Shown piece after piece: positions 56,451-64,000 of a DNA stretch of 64,000 nt (positions within the stretch are counted from its first letter, which is position 1; every line of letters starts with the position of its first letter). This DNA is from Candidatus Parcubacteria bacterium (GTDB lineage Bacteria; Patescibacteriota; Patescibacteriia; CAIXNZ01). The position numbers and the translations under genes were made by a program. A model generated the notes under the pieces. The model did no database searches. It was not told the origin of the DNA and worked only from the letters and a program-made list of their open reading frames with translations. The stretch is from NCBI GenBank assembly GCA_026395685.1, contig JAPLYG010000018.1:288-64287 (forward strand). Direction: 5' to 3'.

Positions 56451-56900
56451 ATGTCTATCTTAGAACAAATTGCCAGTGATTTTCAGCAGGCTCTTAAGGA
56501 CAGGGATATGGGCAGAATCGGAATTTTGCGCCTGATTAATGCTGCCACTAAAAATGAACGAATTAAAAAAATGGCTGATTTGACCGATGAAGATGTAATT
56601 AAGGTTCTAAAAAGTGAAATAAAGAAGCGCAAAGAAGCGATTGTTGATTATACAAAGGGAGCCCGCCAGGATTTGATTGACAAGGAACAAGCGGAAATTG
56701 TAGCGATTGAAAAATATCTGCCGCAACAAATGGGAGAGGATGAACTGCGGTCCAAAATAGCCGCCATCATTGAGGCTTTGGAAGAAAAGGATAATATCGG
56801 CAAGGTTATGGGCAAAGTAATGGCCGAACTCAAGGGGCAGGCAGACGGAACCCTGGTCAAAAAAATCGTTGAAGAATTATTAAATAAAGAGAAAAATTAA
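56451..56900 (+). CDS. yqeY: GatB/YqeY-domain protein
   Basis: YqeY family similarity over the full length. Confidence 0.8.
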   Translation: MSILEQIASDFQQALKDRDMGRIGILRLINAATKNERIKKMADLTDEDVIKVLKSEIKKRKEAIVDYTKGARQDLIDKEQAEIVAIEKYLPQQMGEDELRSKIAAIIEALEEKDNIGKVMGKVMAELKGQADGTLVKKIVEELLNKEKN

Positions 56901-56910
56901 AAATAATCCC

Positions 56911-58887
56911 ATGCAAAGTAAAAAACTCTTGGCGTTTTTATTCAGCCGGGAGAAAACAAACAAACTTGTCAGAAAAACTGCCAAAGCATTATTTTTTGTA
57001 ATTGCTCTTATGGCGGTTTTTTTGTTTTCTAATCATCCGGCTTTGGCTCAGGATACTTATGGCTTAAACAGCTTTTCTGATAGCGGATTAGCGACCGCCA
57101 ACTTAATGGCCATAATTGCCCGAATTATTAATGGCTTTTTGATTTTGCTCGGCCTGGTAGCAGTAATCATCATTCTTTACGCAGGTATTTTATGGATGAC
57201 TGCTTCTGGCAAGGAAGAGCAGGTAATGAAAGCCAAAAAGACTTTGATTAACGGGGTAATCGGTTTAATAATTATTCTGTTATCTTATGCTTTTGTCAGA
57301 CTGTTATTCGGTATTTTAGATCTTCAATTCCAAAACAACGAGGGCGGTCCCGGCGGCGGGGGAGGCGGGTATGAACCAGGCACCGGAGCTTTAGGTGCAG
57401 GTATAATTCAGAGCCATTATCCGACGCGCAATGCTAAGGACGTACCGCGTAACACCAAGATCGCCATCACCTTTAAAGAGCCGATGGATTTAGCTTCTAT
57501 TATTAGTGATACCAATAATAATAATATTCTTGGTGATTGCGTTGATTCTGATGATGCTAATGATACCATTGATGTGATTGATGCCAATAATAACGGTAAG
57601 TTTGACGCCGGGGATTTTTCGGAATGCGACTTGATTAATCCTGCCAGTATTAAAATCAGAAAAAATGCAGATGATCCGGCTGTTGGTCCGTTTGTTGATT
57701 TTGTAAAAGCCATGGTTACTCTTGATAAAAAAACTTTTGTCTTAAAGCCTGTTACTTATTTGGGCAGTGCGGCAGAAAAAGTAGATTATACTGTAAGCCT
57801 GACATCTAATATTAAGAAAGCTTCAGGCGATGCGGCTTTTGGCAGTTCAGCCGGCTATAAATGGACTTTTGAGGTTTCCACTTTCTTAGATACAACTCCG
57901 CCTCAGGTACTGTCTGTTATTCCCAAAGCTGCTGCCAATCCACTGGAAAAGCTTTATGCAAGGAATGTAGTAATTCAGGTTAATTTTAATGAAGCCATGG
58001 ATCCGCTGGCTTTGAGCGATAAGCTCGAAATTGAGGGTGGCGGCACGACAGGAGCGGCATTAAAAAACACTTCTAAGGAGATAATGCCGATTAAGGTCGG
58101 AACCAATTATGTTGCTGGAGAATGGTATTTTAGCAACCAATACCGTACAGATGAATTTATTACTAATTCACCCTGCGGTGTAAATTCCTGCGGAAAAACC
58201 ATTTATTGCCTGCCTGGTTTATCTGAAATTACCACGCTTTTAAAAGCGGCTACTTTGGCCACTGCAGGTTCTGCTGAAGCTTTAGAAAAGCCTGATTTAT
58301 TGAGTAGTAAAGGGACTTTATATGACGGTTTAACTGATATGTGCGGCAATTCTTTGAACGGCAATAAGGATAACACGCCTCAGGGACCGGCCGGGACATA
58401 TAATTTAAATTCTCTTTCCGGAGGCGGTGATAATGCCATCTGGAAATTCAATACGAATGACACTGTTGATTTGATTCCGCCCTTGATTGAATCCAGAAAC
58501 CCTGATCAGTCAGAAGAAGTTAGCCCGAAGGCTGATTTAAATTTGTTATTCAGTAAATTACTTATGTTTAATTCTTTGGTTCAGGGAAGCACTCTCACTC
58601 TTGTTCAGACTGATGATCCTACAGCCTATTGGTTTGAAAAAAATAATGATGATCTGACGGATAAAACAACAGTGATTATTAAAACAAACGGCTTGAAGCC
58701 AGATGGGGAAGAATATCCGATTATTGTCGGTTCGGGCACCAAGGATCTTTACCAAAATTGCTTTATGCCGCCGGCGGATACCCAAAATTGTATTCGCGTT
58801 CCGGTTGCGGGACAGCCTGGCCAGTATGAGCCGAGCAATGTATCGGGTGAATGGAAGGGTACAAAACCGAATTGCGATTTAAGATAA
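56911..58887 (+). CDS. Large secreted protein: signal peptide + VirB2/TrbC-like T4SS-pilin module + Gly linker + Big_5 (SbsA-type) Ig-like domains
   Basis: Signal peptide ending PALA|QD. The next ~90 aa form two hydrophobic helices separated by SGKEEQVMKAKKT, a TrbC/VirB2 pilin topology. This is followed by GGPGGGGGGYEPG and ...PPQVLSVIPKAAANP...VIQVNFNEAMD... Ig-like repeats. Confidence 0.6.
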   Translation: MQSKKLLAFLFSREKTNKLVRKTAKALFFVIALMAVFLFSNHPALAQDTYGLNSFSDSGLATANLMAIIARIINGFLILLGLVAVIIILYAGILWMTASGKEEQVMKAKKTLINGVIGLIIILLSYAFVRLLFGILDLQFQNNEGGPGGGGGGYEPGTGALGAGIIQSHYPTRNAKDVPRNTKIAITFKEPMDLASIISDTNNNNILGDCVDSDDANDTIDVIDANNNGKFDAGDFSECDLINPASIKIRKNADDPAVGPFVDFVKAMVTLDKKTFVLKPVTYLGSAAEKVDYTVSLTSNIKKASGDAAFGSSAGYKWTFEVSTFLDTTPPQVLSVIPKAAANPLEKLYARNVVIQVNFNEAMDPLALSDKLEIEGGGTTGAALKNTSKEIMPIKVGTNYVAGEWYFSNQYRTDEFITNSPCGVNSCGKTIYCLPGLSEITTLLKAATLATAGSAEALEKPDLLSSKGTLYDGLTDMCGNSLNGNKDNTPQGPAGTYNLNSLSGGGDNAIWKFNTNDTVDLIPPLIESRNPDQSEEVSPKADLNLLFSKLLMFNSLVQGSTLTLVQTDDPTAYWFEKNNDDLTDKTTVIIKTNGLKPDGEEYPIIVGSGTKDLYQNCFMPPADTQNCIRVPVAGQPGQYEPSNVSGEWKGTKPNCDLR

Positions 58888-58930
58888 ATTATCAATTCTC
58901 AATCCCTAACATATAAAAATCTCAAATCCC

Positions 58931-61900
58931 ATGCTTATGAACAAAAAAAAATATTTGAGCAAAATATTATTAGCTACGCTCCTGATAGTCGGGTTTTTGG
59001 CTGCCTTTAATTTTATTTTGGCGCAGACAGCTGACACTGAATATGGCCTGACAAGTTTTGGCGCGGAAACTACTTTGCCGACGCGCAATCTGCAGGTGGT
59101 GGCAGCGCGCATTATTAACGCTTTGTTGGGATTATTGGGATTGATTGCCGTAGTGCTGATTATTTACGGCGGCGTTTTATATATGACTGCTCACGGCGAG
59201 CAGGAAAAAGTCCAAAAAGCGAAAAAGCTTTTAATCGCCGCTTTGATTGGCCTGGTGATCGTGATTATGGCTTTTTCCATTGCCAATTTTGTATTTAGCG
59301 CCTTGGGCATAAATGCCTGGGGAACTGAGCCAAGCGGCTGTACATCGGGCACATCCAGAGCATGCGGCTGTGATAATAGCGGCCAGCAGACCTGCAGTGA
59401 AAGCGGTACTTGGGGAGAATGCTCGGGAGAAGTTTGCCCTGCACTCTGTCCCGGCGGAATTTGCCCTTTATCAACCTGTCAAAATCCCGGAGCAGCTGAT
59501 GATCCATATATTTGCGGGGTTGTCCCGACTATTAACGGTGCAGGCGGTACCTTGACTATTTCAGGCGGTAATTTCGGTGACTATACCGAAGGGACAAGCA
59601 AAGTGATTTTAGGCAAGGGTGGAGATGAATATGAGGCTGCAATTGAAGTCTGTCCGCCAAGCACTCCGGTCTGGACTGCAGATGAAATTAAAGTGCGAGT
59701 GCCTGCTGATTTACCGTATGTTGAAGGCGGGAACAACGTTTACCATGTTTTTGTTCAAAACAATGCGAAGGAAAGCATGGATAATAGTATTGATAATAAA
59801 TTAGTAAATATTTTTACTTTAACCAATAAACAGCCGACAGCAGGGATTATTTGTATTGTTCCGCCTGCTGCGCCAGTAGGCACGGAGGTGGAAATTTATG
59901 GCCGAAATTTTGGGACTACTGATGACAGCGGCAATAGCAAAATATTTTTTAATCAGAATGTCCCTGCAACTGCCACAGAATGGAGCGATGAAAAAATCAC
60001 AACCACAGTGCCGACAACGGCGATCTGGGGCAATGTTTATGCCAGAGTTAATGATGTTATCAGCGCAGGTGAAAAGTTTTTTGTCACTTGCGATAATGCA
60101 ACCGGCTGCGCAAGCAGTTGCTGTCATAAAATAAAGAGGTATTCTTTAAAGGAAGTGTGTGATGCAACTTTACAGTGCTATACCTCTGCCAAAGTCGGAG
60201 ATTCATGCGATGGCGCTGCTACTTCAGGATGTCAGCCGAATAATAGTATGTGCGGTATTGAATTAGTTTGCGCTGACCCCGATACTGCCGAAGCCTGTAC
60301 CTGCCAGGAATCTCTGGTAATCACTGGTTTAAGCCCTTATAATGGCAAGGCTGGAAATTTTGTTACTATTTTCGGCAAGAAATTCGGCACTTATTCAGCT
60401 GCTTCCAAAGTTATTTTTCTGGGTAATGCAGCTGATCCTAATAATATTGAAAAAGAAGCCAGCCTGCCAACAGTTTGCGGGGATATGGAGCTGTGGCAAG
60501 ATAATCAAATTATCGTGGAAGTTCCCAGTGGCGCTATTTCAGGACCGATTAAAGTCATTTCCGGCAGTCAGAGTGATGCTACTAATGATAGCAAGGGACG
60601 AGCGTTAAATAATTTTATCATTAATAATACAGTAAGGCCTGGTCTATGCGGGGCAGTAACAACTACTGCCGGTGCTAATGAAGGCTTAGCCCAGGGATTT
60701 TTTGAAGAAGAGGTTAAACTTACGGGTAAAAATTTCGGCCCTACCAAGGAAGCCACTTCTGCGGCTTTGCTGGGCGGTTCAAATTTTAATAATGAGGCAA
60801 GCTGGGTGTGGTCAGCTGAAAATATCAGCGGTTTGATTGTGCCCAATATGAAGCCGGCAAAATTAGTAGCGCAGGTTAAAGTGGGTGAAGAATACAGTAA
60901 TTCTGTGAATTATACTGTGGCGCAAAGAGCTGATTTGCCTGTGATTATGGATGTTGATCCCAAACAGGGTCCTGCCGGACAATATATTACCATCATTGGT
61001 TCTAATTTTGGCACTGAAGCAGGAAAGGTACAACTTTTAAATGACGGTGGTGATTGGATAGATGCGGATACTGATTTTCCCATAGATTGTGCTTCTAAAT
61101 ACTGGTCTGACACTCAGATTGTAGTGAGAGTACCTGGTGCTGCCAGGATAGCAAACGGTAAAATCGTAGTATATAATCAAACAACAGAATTACAAAGCGC
61201 AGAATATGATTTTGGCCGTTGCATTAAAAATGAAAGCGGCTGCCCTTTGACTCCGGGTATCTGCGCTATAAAACCGGATAATGGGCCAAAGGATTCGCGA
61301 AATATAAGAATTTACGGTAATAATTTCGGAACATATGGCGGTTCTGCCACAGTTACTTTTTCCAGCGGTAAAGACGCTGTTAACTTATCAGGCAGCTGGA
61401 CAAGTAAGCAAATCGGTACAGAGTCGGGCTCAGATGGTCAGATTGTTCTGCCTGAAGATGCTGTTTCCGGACCGGTGACGGTTACTGACAGTGACGGTGT
61501 TAAAAGTAATTCTTTTATTTTTAATGTGGCTGACTGCCGCGATCCTGAAAATCAGGGAATTTGTACCGGGTCTGATATTTGCTGTCAATACACAGGCTCC
61601 TGTCTTTCAAATGCGACTTGTAATTCCTATAGTGGCAATGTGGCTACTTATACTTATAGCTTTATAACAACCAGCAGCACCGCAACCCAGTTGCCGCCTC
61701 AGGTCGTGGAAAATAAAAATTGCGGCAGTGGTGCTTTGCAATCGCCATCACCATGGAGAGATTCTAGTGATGCCTGTGTAAATGCTCAAGTATATGCCAG
61801 GTTCAACCAATATATGGATGAAGCATCTTTTGCTGTTGCCGGCAATATTTTATTGGCAAGCTGTGCTTCGGATCAGGCTGGTAAAATTGATATAACAAAC

Positions 61901-64000
61901 TGTACGGATCTCGCGTTTACTACCAGTTTGGGTACATATACCCAAAGACAAGATGCTGCCGGAAATCCTATTATTGGTTATGATCAGGTCATTATCACAC
62001 CAAGCGCAGCCAGTTTAACAAAAAATACCTGGTATCGTGTTACCTTGAAAGGCAGCGGCATTAAATCCGCAACCGGGCAATTTTTAGACGGCGATAAAGA
62101 TCGCCAGCCGGGCGGTGATTATAGCTGGGAATTTAAAACCAGAAATGATGCATCTCCCTGCCCGGTAACCAGCGTGGCAGTAACTCCTGACAATTATATT
62201 ATTGAAAGCTTAATTGTCAGGCCGAAATATCTTGCCAGCGCCAATGCAGCCAATTGTAATATGCTCAGACCCGATGCTTATGATTGGGGCTGGTATAAAT
62301 TGTATGATCCTTATAACCCCACAACAAATCGTGAGGCAGCCCAAGCAATTGATAAAGGCGGGTTTGCCCAGATTTCTTTAAATAAATTAACAAATGGCAA
62401 TACTTCATTTCAACAAACGATAATTCCGCTCAAGCAGGTAGAAATAATGCGAATCGGCGCCGAAGTCTTTGCTGGTACGCCAAACCGTCGGGCTGATGAT
62501 CAAAATAATTTAACGATTGATTTGAATTTGCCGGAGATTCAGTCTTTTTCTCCGCGCGACGGAAAAATAGATGAGCCTGAAGTCAATGCTTATGTCACGA
62601 TTAAAGGTATTAATTTCGGCGTATCAGGCACGGTTTCCTTTGAAACAGCAACGGGCTGGAAAACAGCAGCCTTGGCCGGCTGTCCTAATCCCTGGACTGA
62701 TGAGGAAATCAAAGTAATAGTGCCGCAGGGCATTAAAGACAATTCCTGGATAAAAGTGGAAAATAAATTCGGGGTCAGTACGAGTGATTATAATAATGAT
62801 AAGGAACATGATCCCGGAAATAAGGAGACATTTAGTAGCAGCGAAAATGTCTATCCGTTTTTATGCGCCTTAGCTCCTTTTTACGGCACAGAAGGCGTAT
62901 CAGTCAGCGCCAGCGGTGATAATCTGGGCAACAGCAATAAGACTGTGTTTGGCGGCAAGACTTATGGCACGGGCAGTTACATTAAATTTGATATATCGCC
63001 AACTCCGGTACTTAATAAAGATATTTCCAGCTGGACAAATGAAAAAGTTTCCTACAGAAATCCGCTCAAGGATTTAAATGTGCCGGAAATAAAAGTCTAT
63101 GCCGCAATTACGCCCTATGCCGAGCCGTATAATGATCTGGATGAAAATGGATTTTATTCAGCAGGTGATACATATGGCGATTTGAATAGTAATGGGAGTT
63201 ATGACGGCAAAGAATTCACTAAGCCCGATTATGTAGAAAAATTTGAACAGTTAGACAGCAATCAGTTATCGTTTTATATGCCCCCGGTTATTACCGCAAT
63301 TTCTCCGAATAATGGGCCTGTTGACCAGTGGGTCACTATCAGGGGCCGAAATTTCGGTTATCAGACCGGTGAAGTTTGGATTGGAGGAAAACAGGCTGAA
63401 TTAGCGCCGTGTGAAATCGGCATGTGGCATAATGACGAGATTATTGCAGTGGTGCCGAGAGATATTGGCAATTTGGGAAATAAAAATGTTTATGTAATTA
63501 CCAAGCAAGCTTTGCAAAGTAGGGATTTTACTTATACGCTCAATAACAATCCGATTGGCGCGGGTTTGTGCGCGATTTTTGATCCTGTCTGCCTTTTGAC
63601 TAATGATCCGAGTCTCTGTATTAAGACTAGTGGCAGGGTGACTGATATTGTTTCTGCGCAAGGTGTGCGTTTCGGGGACACAAAAGAATCAAGTGAATTA
63701 TTATTTTCCTCCAATGTGCCGGCAGTTGTCAGCCTGGCAGGTGATTGGAGCGATTCCAATATTACCGCAAAAATCGCGATTGATTCCGTAAGCGGAGACA
63801 TTGTAGTGACCAAAAAAATTCTGGTGGGTCAAAAATGCTCCGGCTTCAGTATCGGTTCCTGGTGTTCCACCAATAAATTTGAGGACGATTATATTACAGT
63901 ACCCAGCAATTCAAAATCAATATTTATTACCGGATCCTGTACTGACAGCGGCTCATTGCTGGGCACTGTTTCCGCCCGTGATGACGGCTTTCAGACTGGG
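58931..64000 (+). CDS. Giant surface protein (>1680 aa, 3' end beyond window): VirB2/TrbC-like pilin module + Cys-rich linkers + at least 10 IPT/TIG repeats
   Basis: N-terminus ...TEYGLTSFGAETTLPTRNLQVVAARIINALLGLLGLIAVVLIIYGGVLYMTAHGEQEKVQKAKKLLIAALIGLVIVIMAF... is paralogous to the previous gene. It carries repeated P.I..(I/V)SP..G..G..(V/I)TI.G.NFG units, which are IPT/TIG domains. The track does not list it because it has no in-window stop. Continuity is inferred because no long + strand ORF appears in the other frames. Confidence 0.6.
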   Translation, partial: MLMNKKKYLSKILLATLLIVGFLAAFNFILAQTADTEYGLTSFGAETTLPTRNLQVVAARIINALLGLLGLIAVVLIIYGGVLYMTAHGEQEKVQKAKKLLIAALIGLVIVIMAFSIANFVFSALGINAWGTEPSGCTSGTSRACGCDNSGQQTCSESGTWGECSGEVCPALCPGGICPLSTCQNPGAADDPYICGVVPTINGAGGTLTISGGNFGDYTEGTSKVILGKGGDEYEAAIEVCPPSTPVWTADEIKVRVPADLPYVEGGNNVYHVFVQNNAKESMDNSIDNKLVNIFTLTNKQPTAGIICIVPPAAPVGTEVEIYGRNFGTTDDSGNSKIFFNQNVPATATEWSDEKITTTVPTTAIWGNVYARVNDVISAGEKFFVTCDNATGCASSCCHKIKRYSLKEVCDATLQCYTSAKVGDSCDGAATSGCQPNNSMCGIELVCADPDTAEACTCQESLVITGLSPYNGKAGNFVTIFGKKFGTYSAASKVIFLGNAADPNNIEKEASLPTVCGDMELWQDNQIIVEVPSGAISGPIKVISGSQSDATNDSKGRALNNFIINNTVRPGLCGAVTTTAGANEGLAQGFFEEEVKLTGKNFGPTKEATSAALLGGSNFNNEASWVWSAENISGLIVPNMKPAKLVAQVKVGEEYSNSVNYTVAQRADLPVIMDVDPKQGPAGQYITIIGSNFGTEAGKVQLLNDGGDWIDADTDFPIDCASKYWSDTQIVVRVPGAARIANGKIVVYNQTTELQSAEYDFGRCIKNESGCPLTPGICAIKPDNGPKDSRNIRIYGNNFGTYGGSATVTFSSGKDAVNLSGSWTSKQIGTESGSDGQIVLPEDAVSGPVTVTDSDGVKSNSFIFNVADCRDPENQGICTGSDICCQYTGSCLSNATCNSYSGNVATYTYSFITTSSTATQLPPQVVENKNCGSGALQSPSPWRDSSDACVNAQVYARFNQYMDEASFAVAGNILLASCASDQAGKIDITNCTDLAFTTSLGTYTQRQDAAGNPIIGYDQVIITPSAASLTKNTWYRVTLKGSGIKSATGQFLDGDKDRQPGGDYSWEFKTRNDASPCPVTSVAVTPDNYIIESLIVRPKYLASANAANCNMLRPDAYDWGWYKLYDPYNPTTNREAAQAIDKGGFAQISLNKLTNGNTSFQQTIIPLKQVEIMRIGAEVFAGTPNRRADDQNNLTIDLNLPEIQSFSPRDGKIDEPEVNAYVTIKGINFGVSGTVSFETATGWKTAALAGCPNPWTDEEIKVIVPQGIKDNSWIKVENKFGVSTSDYNNDKEHDPGNKETFSSSENVYPFLCALAPFYGTEGVSVSASGDNLGNSNKTVFGGKTYGTGSYIKFDISPTPVLNKDISSWTNEKVSYRNPLKDLNVPEIKVYAAITPYAEPYNDLDENGFYSAGDTYGDLNSNGSYDGKEFTKPDYVEKFEQLDSNQLSFYMPPVITAISPNNGPVDQWVTIRGRNFGYQTGEVWIGGKQAELAPCEIGMWHNDEIIAVVPRDIGNLGNKNVYVITKQALQSRDFTYTLNNNPIGAGLCAIFDPVCLLTNDPSLCIKTSGRVTDIVSAQGVRFGDTKESSELLFSSNVPAVVSLAGDWSDSNITAKIAIDSVSGDIVVTKKILVGQKCSGFSIGSWCSTNKFEDDYITVPSNSKSIFITGSCTDSGSLLGTVSARDDGFQTG

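Noticed and set aside
1-64000. CRISPR arrays, IS elements/transposases, integrases, restriction-modification genes
   Set aside because: I saw no regularly spaced direct repeats with unique spacers and no transposase or integrase-like ORFs in any frame. The only mobile-element evidence is indirect: partial tRNA duplications, the repeat families and the GC islets.

Overview
This window looks like a low-GC, reduced genome of the Candidate Phyla Radiation / Patescibacteria type: L30 is missing between rpsE and rplO, many ribosomal proteins carry Lys/Glu-rich tails, and most core genes lack a Shine-Dalgarno sequence. About 25 kb on the + strand is translation machinery in textbook order, with rpsL-rpsG-fusA then tuf-rpsJ, then rplC-D-W-B-rpsS-rplV-rpsC-rplP-rpmC-rpsQ, rplN-X-E-rpsZ-rpsH-rplF-(rplR)-rpsE-rplO-secY-adk-map. 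Four things interrupt this core. (1) Several small cassettes are visibly richer in G+C, carry strong AAGGAGG ribosome-binding sites and have their own promoters and terminators; one splits fusA from tuf with an HD-GYP protein, and one is a pyrK-pyrD-pyrF-pyrE module at roughly 50-55% GC. (2) There are several families of short GC-rich palindromic repeats, plus a family of ~150-bp AT-rich imperfect palindromes in the 5' leaders of fusA, aspS, topA and pth. (3) Three tRNAs are present (Pro, Met, Leu), and two have partial duplications nearby. (4) A T-box leader precedes aspS. The rest of the window holds housekeeping genes: RecO, RuvX, a SRAP peptidase, ScpAB, ParAB, a short Rel, TopA, DprA, Pth, Der, an LCP protein, LepB, HisS, S21 and L28. 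At the 3' end sit two tandem giant secreted proteins whose N-termini look like VirB2/TrbC conjugative pilins, fused to Ig-like (Big_5) and IPT/TIG repeat arrays. I regard that pair as the most likely novel system in the window. rplR (L18) appears N-terminally truncated and overlaps rplF.
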